DNA of 63,048 nucleotides, filler included, from Reticulomyxa filosa (Eukaryota; Protista; Foraminifera): NCBI GenBank assembly GCA_000512085.1. It is 13 parts of 13 records of this genome, joined end to end, with 100 filler letters (N's around TTAATTAATTAA, not from the genome) between each part and the next. Parts side by side here need not be neighbours in the genome. Positions count along the whole stretch, not along the records: positions 1 to 8,082 come from ASPP01027183.1; positions 8,183 to 9,680 come from ASPP01038752.1; positions 9,781 to 15,492 come from ASPP01018972.1; 10 more parts are not named here. One strand, 5' to 3'. Shown piece by piece: positions 1 to 12,041 of this stretch (position 1 is its first letter; each line of letters starts with the position of its first letter). The notes under the pieces were generated by a model. It saw only the letters and a program-made list of their open reading frames with translations, ran no database searches and was not told where the DNA came from. The position numbers and the translations under genes were made by a program.

Positions 1-2520
1 AATTGTCGGAGAAGACAAATGAACCGTATGCAAAGTCGGCATCAAACACTTTTGGTTGGAAGGCAAAGAGAAATTTATGCAATTCTACTTGCCGGCGCAA
101 GATTGTATCAGTATTGGACGATTGTACAAATGCGATCAAAATGGAATAACTGAAATGGAGCGGCAGATACGTCAAGGCTTGAAATATTATCTTATGGTCG
201 AATTATGGAGGAGAAAAGGCTCCATTGCTGCTTTGCATTTGAGTGGCAATAAATTCGCGAAATTGTTTGGATTTGCGGTAGGAATGAATGGCGATCTTCG
301 ACAGAGTGGTCGTATCAAAAATATACCTGCGAATGATACCTTTCAATTATTGGAGCATTGCAATAACCAAAAGTTGGATAATGCCTTCAAAGAAATGCGT
401 ACCGCTTTTGCAAAAGCTTTCATTTCCAATCAACTTGATTGGCAAAGCTTTGATCGAAAACGCTTCGTACATTTAATTGCAGGTTAACACACAAGCAAAC
501 TCCATTTTTTTTAAAAAAAACTGGAGTCAGTCATTATTTTAAGTTTGTTTTTTTTTTAACAAAAAAAAAAAACAAAAGGTATATTTACGGAATTATATTT
601 GAAAAATGACACAAACCATTTGGAGACTATAACGAAATTTACAAGAAATACCAGCAGATATATCAATGATCATTTGCGAGGTACACAGTCTGGACGGTGT
701 CAAGATCGGATAAGATATTTGCTCTCACAGTTTTGTATATACGTAAAATAGATTAGTTTAAAATGCAAACGGAAAAAGAAAAAAATATACAATAGATTGG
801 CAATTAGTGATTCGGAGTGTTTACTGTTCAAAAACCAAAAAGGCCAAGCGGCATTAGAGCATGTGCAAGCGCATCGACTAGGATGGCATTTAGTTGGAGT
901 GACTCTTTCTTTGCCACAATCGCCTTTGAGTATTCTATTGCACAACCCAATGGCGTATGCGAACCAATATCTGTTGGCAATGCCAGAGGATCAGAGTGCT
1001 TCATTGCTTCAGGCGATGGCTGGAGCTGGAGCCTGGCTATGTCCCAACAATCATCTGTACTTTGTGACGGAGTGCACAAGAACCAATCAAAGTGCAAAGT
1101 GTCCAACGTGTGGACAAGATATTGGAAACGCGACTGACCAAAGACAACATACTGCCGCAAAAGGAAATCGACGAATTGGTACCGTGCAACAGAATGGCAC
1201 AATTATTGCTGATAGAAACGGTGCAACGGAAGGAATGGCAGAATATCAGCCCGATCAAATGGCTCCGCAAGGATACGTAGTAATGGAGGGTGCTGTGGAT
1301 GACAAATGTCGAGGTTTCAATGAAACGTCCATTCGAATTGCGAGATTATTTGTCAATTTGATTTTGTTGATTCACCACACAGATGCTGCAAGATCAGATT
1401 GTGTACAGTTCTGTGTGTGTGTGTGTATGGTGTTTGTTTGTTTGTTTGTTAAAAGAATTAATTGACTAAAAAAAAAATTAAAAAAAATCATAAGATTTAC
1501 AAAATTGGGTAAAACCAACGCCGAAGTTGTGAACAAATTGTTCAAGATCGTACAACGCTATTTAGAGAAAATTGGAGCAATGATCGGAGAGTCATACGAA
1601 GGCACTCTATTGTTATTGCATTACATGATCCACTGCATCTATCAGACATTTGAGACGCGTTTCCCCAACGGGTTTGCAAGTTTGTCCATCCAAGGACGTC
1701 GAGACTTTGAAAAGTATTTGGTCGAAAAATGCATTGACCCAGTCATCCCCTTCATTCGATTAGTGCGAGCGCAAACTGTATCCCAAGGAGAATGCGAATC
1801 TGGGGAAAACGCGTGGAAGAAGATATGAAACTCGACAGTGATGAGTTCAAACAATTCCAAGAAACGTATCTCCCCAACGTATACTTGACATATCGAATCG
1901 TCACACTCACTGAGTTTCGACAGTTTGTATTCCAAGATCCTTCCAACGAAAAGAAATATCCAATTATTTAGGGCATTTTAAAGACCATCGCTTCGGCCAG
2001 TGGATTTTTGACATTTGCATTGCAATATTTGCCGGTAATGATCAAATGGATGAAACTAATCCATTCGCGATTCAATCGTCGTTTGACGCAGGAAGAAGTG
2101 GAAGAGCGACCACAAGAGTTTTCCGCAGAATATACACTTCGAAAGCAATGGGGAGATAAAACCAAATTCGATGACACATGGAAGGGCTTTGTGCAAGGCT
2201 GGAACCACGTTGCTAGTCGCGTCACCGCGAAATGAACAAAAAGAGGAGGAAAAGAAGGACAATGATGAAAAAGTATAACGTGAAGAATAACAATAATACC
2301 GAGGCACTTGACATTGGCACTGGCGAATTCAAAAAGTATTTGGTTATGGTCGATGCTCTCAATCAATGTGAATAATATATCATTCCAGTGCATTAAAACA
2401 AATAATCCAAACAATGAGCTGTCCGCCAGAGAGGTACTATTGTGGCCGGCAATTGATTGCGGAAGCACTGGACCGTTGTTGGCAACCAGCAAAATGATTC
2501 GTTTGTTATTGAAGCATTTG
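1..2520 (+). CDS. C-terminal part of an RNF213-like E3 ubiquitin ligase with RZ finger (5' truncated, multi-exon, frameshifted toward the 3' end; possible pseudogene)
   Basis: Exons at about 1-482, 579-729, 796-1407 and 1495 onward, with GT-AG introns. WLCPNNHLYFVTECTRTNQSAKCPTCGQDIG...QHTAAKGN matches the RZ (RNF213/ZNFX1) finger pattern. The downstream LQYLPVMIKWM segment resembles the RNF213 C-terminus. Frame shifts occur near 1800 and 1970, with stops after about 2235. Confidence 0.75.
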
Positions 2521-4389
2521 GCTACTGTCAATAATAATTGTTTATCCAATTGTCATCAGTTTAGTATCTACATATACATATACATTTATATATGTCTGCG
2601 TATATGCATTGATCAACTATTTCATGTATATGTGGGACAAGATGGAGTTTATACACGAACATTTGAATACAAGTCTAATCCACAATGCTGTGTGATTCTG
2701 TTCCAATTTTGTACAAATTGGACAGAAGCAAAACTACTTTTGAATTTGAAGAAGGTGTTATTTACGTTCCTCCAAGAGAGGACTAAATTCACCATAAAAT
2801 CTAAAAACTTAGAAATTTTTGCTGTAGTATTGTTTTTGCAGCAATTGAGAAAATCAAATGATACAAAGGTTATTTGATCTTCATGATAGTGAGCTCTTCT
2901 TTGTAAAAAAAATCAAAATTTTTTATTCATTACAGATAATCTAATAATCCAAAAAGTAGTCAAGTAAAAAAATATCATTTCAATAACATTTGATGAAAAA
3001 AAAATATATATGTGTTCAACCTCAAGCCCGTCCTCCCAGACCTACCCCCCGCGGTCCAGTGCCGAGACAGTCGTGCTTTTTACACACGAGAAACCCGCAG
3101 GTGTCAAACACACGGTACTACCCTTTGAGGTAGTACAAAACACTACTTTGTCCTTAGTTGCTTACCTTGTATGATATTTCGTGCATCACACTTTTTTTTT
3201 CAACGTGGATTATTTTTCAATGGGGAGATTGTTGGTAATAAGTAACCATCTTAATTATTCTTTACATTTTCAATGCATTAGAAAATCTTTTAATTTGCAT
3301 TTCATTTGATTACAGTGAGCTGACTACAAACTGGCTGAATTGTAAAAGAATAGCATAGACTGGATGATCCAAATATTTTTGTTGCTTTGCAGTCAGATTT
3401 TTTCTTTTTAAATTTTTTCCATTTTAAAAAAATTGATTTGGATATCTCATCACAATTTCAAAGAAAAAATACCTTCATACGGTATATAAAAAAGTAATTA
3501 GCAATAAACAAATGATAGTGTGCTTGAAAACAAATTTTTTTGTAAAAAGTCTGTGTATATTATCATTAGATACAGTTAATGTATCTGTAAATAAAAAGTT
3601 AAACAAGGATTTTATGTATAAATCCAAATTGATCAATCATTTTTGTTTATTTTGAGATTGCCAATGCTGAAAAATAATCACGGAAGTTTTATTTAGCGGC
3701 TGGAGGATGATAGGGAGATGGAGTGGTGCTCAACTCAGAGATTCGAGATTCAAGTTCATGAATTCTCTTTTCCAACACTTGATTATCTTTGGCCAATTTA
3801 TTTTTCACTTCGACAAGTCCTTCATTTATCTGTTCATATGTTTTATTTCTGTTGTTATTTTAATCCATTTTTTTATGTTGAAGTGAAATAGCTTGTGCAT
3901 GTCTCAGTTAATTTCCAATAAAAGAAATATCCGCCCACTAAACCTGATGAAGCGAAACCAAATACAAAGCTATTGAAGCGAGTTCTGTTTTTTAATATTT
4001 TTGTTTCAATAAAACAATCAACCAAATCGTATTTTATAAACAACACATAAAAGAAGTGTGATGTTTGTGTATCCTTCATTTTTGAGATATCTCTGGATCT
4101 TTTTCCCTTTCCACTCTTACCTTAGAGTTGAAGTTGACTTTAGTTTTGCTGTTGTGCTGCGGCGTCTCTATGTGTTAAGTGAAAAAAGGGAGAATATTCT
4201 TTAAGTTGGTTACGTGTTGTTGCTTTTTCGAAAATACATCACTAAACATAAGAGGCATTTATTGGTTGAAAAGTATTTCGCAGAAATACTTGGCAAGACA
4301 TCTTTGATGTGTTTGATATCAATTTTTGCACAAATGACTGCTGTTCAAAAAAAAAAATTTGTAAAAAACCTTTTAAGAAGTCGTGGAAT

Positions 4390-5350
4390 GGATGAAAAAA
4401 TTCAAACCGAACAAACATGTTTGGATTGTTGTGTTTTTGTTAATTGTCAAGAAAATTCTCTATATGGACAAAACGCAAAAGGATTGAAGATAGAAGTGTA
4501 TGTAGATGATGGACATCGCAAAACAAAATTTGACTGTCCTTGCAAAACGATATACTTCCCACATTTGAACATGGGCTCTGCGAAACAAAACAGAAGACGT
4601 CAAACAAAGTGACAAAGAAAAGGAGACAAGCAATAAGAAATACTGGAAAGTGACAAATGACAAGATCTATGTGATCGTGAAAGGCCTATCGAAAGATACG
4701 TCGTATGAAATATTGGTGCAAACATGCTTCGAAAGGCGGAGTATTAACAACCTCCAACAAATCGACAAAAAATTGGAGTTGTCATGGACTCCTGCTATAC
4801 GTGCTAAGACTTATAAAAGTTTGGAGGAGATTATGAGTGCTGAGCGTCTGTCAGTGCGACCTCTATTCCCTCACGTGACTACATTTTTTTTCAAGAGTGT
4901 GAACATGAGTTGGAAGCCGGCGATATTCGAAGCAAGCGACGCAACGACAAGTTCGTGCGGCGATGATTAAGGACATATTGAAACACTTGAAAGCAAAGTG
5001 GGAAAAAGCAAAAAAAGAGTTGATTGAGCAAACAATAACAGGCATTTTGATTTCGAACGACTTGGATTATTGCGTATCTAATCGGAGCATAAAATCTATC
5101 AGCAAATTCGATGATGTATGAACCTCATCCCACTGATCGGACGAAAATTTCTTTGTCTGCCGTCGAGGAAAAAGAATTTGAGACTCTACCTACTTATATG
5201 CCAAAACAGACTGATCCTTCGCCCAATGAGTTGTAAGCACTACGATTGATCATTACCACTCTGGGATTTCAGATGCCTCCATTGTTAAATGGCTCTGAAT
5301 CTTTGTCCCTGCAAACTTTTTTTACCGAAATCAAACAAGTCCTCACATAA
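4390..5350 (+). pseudogene. Fragmented coding region with a fibronectin type III-like segment
   Basis: Adjacent ORFs 4214-4612 and 4650-4970. VIVKGLSKDTSYEILVQ resembles the FN3 'v.gL.p.T.Y.v.V' strand. Several stops and frameshifts are present. Confidence 0.3.
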
Positions 5351-5628
5351 ATGGCCGAAGACAACAAAGACACTCCGAAAAAATACATAGATCTTTTTAT
5401 GCAAATTTTTCTAAATCACAAAAATTTTGCCACAAAAACAAAATTTAAACGTATATAATCTTTCAAGTTATGTTTTTTTAGATTCAAAAAATTTGTAATC
5501 TTATGATAAGAAAAGCATAATTTCTTCTTTCATAGTCAAATCATCTTTTTTTTACTTTTAAATGGTGACTTTTTTCGTGTACTTCAACCTTTAAAAAAAA
5601 CTACTTGTAATTCGTCAACATTTACAAC

Positions 5629-5910
5629 ATGAGCGGCCAAACCTTTCAAGATTTGAAGAATTTGCCCGTTCCATTTAGTAACACTCAATGTGTTCTACAT
5701 AAACAAGAAATCCTCATTTGTGGTGGTTACACAACAAACAAATGTTATTCATATCATATTTCTAAAAACAAGTACAAGTATATTTGTGATTATCCAAGTA
5801 ATGTTAGATTATTTGGACATTGCGTTGTGAAACTGGTAGATAACAATAACAAAGACGACGATCAAATCACTTTGTTGTCTTTTGGTGGATATTATGAACA
5901 TACATTGTAA
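5629..5910 (+). pseudogene. Truncated Kelch-type beta-propeller gene (lineage-expanded family), N-terminal fragment
   Basis: MSGQTFQDLKNLPVPFSNTQCVLHKQEILICGGY...GHCVVKLVD...ITLLSFGG has two Kelch GG motifs, then a premature stop. Confidence 0.7.
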
Positions 5911-7701
5911 ATAAAAAGTAATCTAAATTTATACTTATTAGAATTCAAAGTTTTTAAAATAATAGACGAGCAAAGAAGATAGAAGTTTGCTAGTCAATAA
6001 TGTCAAGCCAAATTTAAAATTAACAACAAATATTGACCAATCAAAAATATCATTTGTGAAAATCATGCAAGTTTGTGCTGTCTTTTTGTTGTTGTGTTCT
6101 GTTGCATTTATTAATTTCATCATTTTATGTTTGTTTCACATGCATTTGACAGTGTCCACAGAAACACACAAACTAGACATATCGACAACAGCATTGAACA
6201 AAGAATATTAAAACTGTAAGAACAAAAAGAAGACAGCATAGGATATTCTGGCACATATATCAGGCAAAATTTGATGGCACAAGATTTGATATAGTTATTT
6301 ATAGAATTGCATTTAATTGTGTTTTGTCATATTTAATTGGCAAACATCCAAAAAATAAAAAAAGCAAGCAACTTCTTTAAATTTTGTATCTTTGCCAAAA
6401 GTAAAGGAAATTTCCTCCGCAACTGTTTCTCTTTTCTTATGATGTTTTTTATTTTAGTTTCAAAAAATTCATTTGATGTAATAATATTGTTGTTGAAAAG
6501 AAATTTTTGTCATATCGTTCATGAATGATTTTTGCAAAAAAAAAGTCAGAATGTGGGACGTCTGCTGATAGTATTGGTGCATTAACTGTAATACAAGAGG
6601 TGTTTACTTAAAAGATAGGACGAACTTAGACTGTAATCACTTGGCAAGTAATCCAAATATATTATGCTTTTTACGCATTACTTTACCAAATTGTAAAATT
6701 ATAGTTTTGGCTTTTTAAAAAAACAATAAGCAACTTTTGACAGAACGTGTTCTATTCACTATCATTTATTACAAATAGTGAATATTCAACACACTTCACA
6801 TACTGTATTTGCACCACAATTAATTTCTAATTCATTTGGCCATATTTTACATCTCAATGTAATCATCATGTCCTTTAAATATATTCAATTGTTTCAATAC
6901 TCGAATGATATTATCACATCAATATTATTACTGATATATGAACGGTACAGAGTGTTATTCATGTCATACAATCAAAAATACAAAGAAAGTTAAAGTGTAA
7001 TTCAAAGCATATCAAACTAAATGGATAACAAAGAAATATCCGTTTACATTTTCTTCATTATAAAAAAAAAGAATAAGCTACTTTTGCTCCACGGCTGGGA
7101 CATCCTCTCCCCACCATAGGCTAATAAGTCTATGTGCTGGACACTATGTCGGCCATACGATGGACATCACTTGTTTCTCAAAAGGCAGGTAGCTGAAAAG
7201 TGTTCCAAACCGGACCTTTCATATATCCTTTTTATGTTTTCATGTATCACACTGCTTATTATCAGTTTGAATTTTCGTAAAATGAAAGTAAATGAAATAA
7301 TAAAACGAAATAACAAAAGGAAAGTAAAGAAATGCGCTTTGAAGTAGTCGTATTTGTATTTTTTAAAAAGGGTTGATTTTGGCAATGATTCAAATTGATT
7401 AAAATTAAACAAGGCAGGGCAATTTATTGCTGTTAATAAAATGTTTTTAAGAAAGTGACAACAGTTTTTTTTGGGAGCGCTTTGTTAACTTTGAACTTTT
7501 TCTTTTTTCCCTTTGTAAAAACTTAAAACGGTCTTTCAAAACAGTAATTCTGATGGGAAACTGCAACGTTTGGAGGAAAAAGCCGAATTATGAAGATGGG
7601 AAGGTGATTACAGCAGAAGAAACCCTACAAATGGGTGAGTTATTAAGGCAAAGGTCACTAAGAGGAAATATTGTTTAATATGAAAACAAAGAACAAAAAA
7701 A

Positions 7702-7896
7702 ATGAACGAAACAAAAGGAGCAAAAAAAGTGAAACTTCCATCATTTGTAAAAGAAGAAGTGGTAGTGAAAGAAGACATTACATGTGAGAAAATTGAGCAT
7801 CCTTGGCCATCAGACAAAGACAAGTGGTGCATAATGTTGCGCAATGTGTTTTCCAAAAGCGAGTGTGAAGAGCTGATCGCACTGAGCGAAAAACGG
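7702..7896 (+). CDS. 5' exon of a probable 2OG-Fe(II) oxygenase (prolyl-4-hydroxylase-like); truncated by contig end
   Basis: WCIMLRNVFSKSECEELIALSEK resembles the 'l.nvls.eEC..li' N-terminal helix of P4Hc-like enzymes. An intron follows. The catalytic HxD motif is not visible. Confidence 0.4.
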
Positions 7897-8051
7897 GTTA
7901 TTTGCCTGCGATGGTCAATATAGTTTAGTCCATTATTACATTTTGTTTGATCTGAGATGAAGTTGACATATATACATATACATATATATATGTACATATA
8001 TATATTAAGAATGGAGATATTAAACAACAATAAATACCAATTCAATGGCAA

Positions 8052-8082
<31 letters not shown>

Positions 8083-8182
8083 NNNNNNNNNNNNNNNNNN
8101 NNNNNNNNNNNNNNNNNNNNNNNNNNTTAATTAATTAANNNNNNNNNNNNNNNNNNNNNNNNNNNNNNNNNNNNNNNNNNNN
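8083..8182. other. Artificial contig linker (N44-TTAATTAATTAA-N44); 12 copies in window
   Basis: Identical 100-bp six-frame-stop spacers at 8083, 9681, 15493, 18044, 21436, 31759, 33122, 46296, 48787, 53114, 54466 and 61636. The flanking contigs are not physically linked. Confidence 0.99.
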
Positions 8183-8208
8183 TCACTCCCCTCCCGGGGT
8201 TCTTTTCG

Positions 8209-8241
<33 letters not shown>

Positions 8242-8680
8242 GATTACGAGTATTTAGCCTTGGAGGATGGTCCCCCCATATTCAGACAGGATTTCACGTG
8301 TCCCGCCCTACTCTATTCGCGCCTAGTTCCACAATCTACATTTCTCATACGGGGCTATCACCCGCTATGGCCGGACTTTCCATTCCGTTCTGATATGCAA
8401 ACTGCTAAAACGCGAGGGCTACTCCGATTTCGCTCGCCACTACTTTCGGAATCTCGGTTGATGTCTTTTCCTCGAGCTACTGAGATGTTTCAGTTCACCC
8501 GGTTCGCCACGCATGCCTATGTATTCAGCATGCGTTACCTCTTGCGAGGTGGGTTTCCCCATTCGGAAATCTCCGGATCAAAGCTAATTTGCCAGCTCCC
8601 CGAAGCTTATCGCAGGCTATCACGTCCTTCTTCGCCTGTAATCGCCAAGGCATCCACCACATGCACTTAGTCACTTGACC
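8183..8680 (-). rRNA. rrl: Bacterial 23S rRNA, 5' portion
   Basis: The reverse complement begins GGTCAAGTGACTAAGTGCATGTGGTGGATGCCTTGGCGA, the canonical 23S 5' end. Truncated by the contig edge. Confidence 0.97.
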
Positions 8681-8921
8681 CTATAACTTTGACAGCGCTG
8701 ACTGCACTGTCGTCAAGGACTCGTACAGAACCTCAGTTCCATACGTTTATTGAGTATTCACGCGTTACGCCGTTCTTCATACCTAATCAAATGAGCTTTC
8801 GCTCACCCGCTTAGTTGAAGTCTATGTTGACGCAATCAAATAATTGCTACGAGCGGCACGGTGCTTCGAACCCTTTACGATTCGTCGCTTTCCGCTCGCA
8901 GCGCTGATTCGACTCTACAAA

Positions 8922-8934
8922 TTGTTAAAGAACA
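8922..8934 (-). promoter_or_regulatory. rRNA antitermination boxA in the 16S-23S spacer
   Basis: TGTTCTTTAACAA on the minus strand between tRNA-Ala and 23S. Confidence 0.8.
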
Positions 8935-9029
8935 ACAGCCGACTTTCTCAAGTCTAAGACTGGCAAACCAGACGACCCTGCCGCTTTCGCTTCAGATGTT
9001 CTGGTTTGCCAACCTCGCGGTGAGTGAAC

Positions 9030-9105
9030 TGGTGGAGGATGACGGGATCGAACCGACGACCCCCTGCTTGCAAAGCAGGTGCTCTCCCAGCTGAGCTAAT
9101 CCCCC
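9030..9105 (-). tRNA. tRNA-Ala(TGC), bacterial spacer tRNA
   Basis: GGGGGATTAGCTCAGCTGGGAGAGCACCTGCTTTGCAAGCAGGGGGTCGTCGGTTCGATCCCGTCATCCTCCACCA; cloverleaf with encoded CCA. Confidence 0.98.
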
Positions 9106-9142
9106 GTGAACACTAATGTTCCAAACGCGTCACAGGAAGATT

Positions 9143-9219
9143 TGGTGGGTCTAGTTGGGCTCGAACCAACGACCCCCGCCTTATCAAGACGGTGCTCTAA
9201 CCAGCTGAGCTACAGACCC
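9143..9219 (-). tRNA. tRNA-Ile(GAT), bacterial spacer tRNA
   Basis: GGGTCTGTAGCTCAGCTGGTTAGAGCACCGTCTTGATAAGGCGGGGGTCGTTGGTTCGAGCCCAACTAGACCCACCA. Confidence 0.98.
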
Positions 9220-9308
9220 ATTCGCCAATCATCTTCAACAATGAAGACAACCGACTTCTTCCAACAACCGATAAGTGTGGGCGTTTAAATTAAATTGCTT
9301 GTTTCCAG

Positions 9309-9365
<57 letters not shown>

Positions 9366-9431
9366 AGTCACGAACCCTGCCGTGGTAATCGCCCTCCTTG
9401 CGGTTAGGCTAACTACTTCTGGCAGAACCCG

Positions 9432-9482
<51 letters not shown>

Positions 9483-9647
9483 TGACATTCTGATCCACGA
9501 TTACTAGCGATTCCGACTTCACGCAGTCGAGTTGCAGACTGCGATCCGGACTACGACTGGTTTTATGGGATTAGCTCCCCCTCGCGGGTTGGCAACCCTT
9601 TGTACCAGCCATTGTATGACGTGTGTAGCCCCACCTATAAGGGCCAT

Positions 9648-9680
<33 letters not shown>
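9309..9680 (-). rRNA. rrs: Bacterial 16S rRNA, 3' portion (Burkholderiales/Comamonadaceae-like)
   Basis: Contains the anti-SD GGATCACCTCCTTT end and the 1492R site (TACCTTGTTACGACTT). GCCCTTATAGGTGGGGCTACACACGTCATACAATGG is typical of Comamonadaceae-type betaproteobacteria. Confidence 0.97.
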
Positions 9681-9984
9681 NNNNNNNNNNNNNNNNNNNN
9701 NNNNNNNNNNNNNNNNNNNNNNNNTTAATTAATTAANNNNNNNNNNNNNNNNNNNNNNNNNNNNNNNNNNNNNNNNNNNNATGATTTCCCTGATCAGGTA
9801 TATTCTACTTCCAACTTTATATCCATATCCATTTCCAATGCCATCATGCATACTGGCATTTGATAGTTTACTAGTGGCAGACATGTTCAGAAGTGCACCA
9901 TTAAATTGGATTTTTGATCCAATTTCAACTGGATTTTTTAAGAAAAGTTAATATTAATGATGAAGGTAATAAATATTATTTTTT

Positions 9985-10300
9985 TAGTACATTCCTAAAT
10001 CCTAGAATTGGAGGTGCAGGACTTGTCGTTCAACATCCATATTTGCCACAATGGCTGAAGTTTGAATACTCGATCAAATGCATTGATCAGATATTGATAC
10101 TTGCATTATAATATGCTGGTGATCATTATAGATCCCATTGTGTAAGTGTGGTTATTTTAACTGATCGCAAGTTCGTGATTAATTCGATATTCAACAAATG
10201 AGATTCTGGTATCTATAAATTGCCAATTATTAATTATCAGAAGATATTGGTATCATTTAATGAATATAATGTTGCAGAGATCTATTGAACCAAATATCAT
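9985..10300 (+). mobile_element. Degenerate non-LTR retrotransposon RNase H fragment
   Basis: STFLNPRIGGAGLVVQ and VVILTDRKFVINSIFNK* match RNase HI motifs of LINE ORF2 (DGS..NPG.GGAG...; ILSDC..V). Stops and deletions are present. Confidence 0.65.
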
Positions 10301-10944
10301 TCTGGAATACCTGAAAATGATATTATTTCCTAATAGAATGTTTGCATTACAGCGCAATTGGTGGGCAAATGTCCAAGAATTGCTTCCAGACATTAATTTA
10401 TTGTCACTGTCAAAAAAGTTTATCATTGTGGATCGATTGTGGAAACAATAAGTCCTGATCAAAGTTTTGAAGGCAACAGCCAAGTTCGTGATCAATACCA
10501 AGAGAAAATTTGAATAATTGTCAAGTTTCTTCAAGACAAATCTCAATTTAAATTGAAATAACTTTATGTTTTCTTTGTTTTTATGTCTTGAGCCTGACTT
10601 TTAATGAAAAAGATTTTTCACATAAAAAATTGTTTTACAAACATATTATTGCATTATTTCTTAAACTATTGTAATATCTATTTTTCTGAAGCGAAAAAAA
10701 GATTTGCGAAATTTCTTAAGAAATAATTCAAACAAAGAATATCTTCACAAAGAAAGAAAAGCATGCATCAAGTTTATTGATTTTAACAATCTAATATCTT
10801 TATTTTCATTATTAAAAGAGACATCAATTAAACTTTTGAATTTGTTGTTTTCATGTACTACAAGAGTTTTTTATTTGACCAGCAGCATTAACAACATAGC
10901 CAACGCAAAAACGTTCTAAAAGACAAACTAAACAAAGTCAACAT

Positions 10945-11055
10945 ATTCTTACTCCCTTTCAGCCGTCTCAATGTGTTATAATGGATTAAGTTCTTATTTC
11001 TTATGATAAACTCAAAAACGAATATCCAAGTAATGTTAATTTAGTCGGATATACA
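10945..11055 (+). pseudogene. Short Kelch-family remnant
   Basis: TPF...SQCV and EYPSNVNLVG; the nucleotide string TATCCAAGTAATGTTA is shared with the 5629 Kelch fragment. Confidence 0.4.
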
Positions 11056-12041
11056 ATGCGATCAAACTTCTTCAATATCTTTTTCTCAAACTAAAATTAT
11101 TTTTGAAGAAAAAAACATTATACAAAAAAAGTTTTCGATAAGTTTTTAATTCAGGGTAATCTTTTTGTAATCAAAAAACGCTCGATTAAAGCCTACGTTT
11201 CACGTGGTGCTACTTTAAAAAAAGTGTTTACACAAAGTATCCAAAAATGCTTGTGATGTAATAGCTAGTTTGATAATAAATGTTTAGAAAAATGCCAAAA
11301 TTGGAAATGTATACGTTGTTGCAAAAAGATTTGTTATTACTTCGGACGCGTGGATCAACATTAAAAGCTGGAACAAAATTGCTTTGATGACTTGAATGGA
11401 CAGTAGCATTTTTCCTTCCAAGCGCACGAATGTATTAAATTAAGTCCTTGTTTTCATCATTGCCATCATCGATGCATCTTCGAGCTCAACATTTTCATTT
11501 TGATTTAACATATCAATAAAATTTCATTATTTAAAATCGCATAAATACCTCCAATACGACAAGTTTTCATTTTATATAACTGTAAAAATTCAAAATACAA
11601 ATACCTAAAACCAAAACATATTTGGATAATTTTCTGAAATAAGATTTGTGTAAAAATATTTGATTTTTGATGTTTATGCATTTAAACAACTCTTTTGGAA
11701 ATATTTAAGTTTGGAATTATCTCAAAGCTTTTTTGCTCCAAAAATATCTACGAATTGTTTAGTTTTAAAAAGAAAAAAACATGTTTCATATTTCTTAATA
11801 AATATATTAATATAATCTACATGCTTGTTGTATTATTAAAGAGCAAATTACTAAGAGTGAACATGGTTTCACAACATTATCTTTTTTTATATTTCATTTC
11901 ATTAAAAAATATCGTGTTCATTTATTTTCCATATTTGTTAGAGATTTCCAAAAATCAAAAAAATGTTTGAAGGATGAAATAAAACCAAAATCAAACCCAT
12001 ATTTAAAGATAGCATGGTTAATAAAAATTTCTTCAAAATAT

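Noticed and set aside
3695-3775. Possible tRNA-derived remnant
   Set aside because: No cloverleaf and no proper GTTCRA T-loop.
7085-7225. GC-elevated patch with GTCGGCCATAC resembling the 5S rRNA 5' end
   Set aside because: The similarity stops after about 11 nt; no 5S internal boxes or helix I partner.
8083-8182. Regularly recurring TTAATTAATTAA palindrome
   Set aside because: Artificial contig spacer flanked by N44 on both sides; not a biological repeat or CRISPR array.
8260-9507. ORFs 8260-8670, 8861-9094, 9106-9288 and 9295-9507
   Set aside because: Antisense shadows of rRNA, tRNA and ITS sequence.
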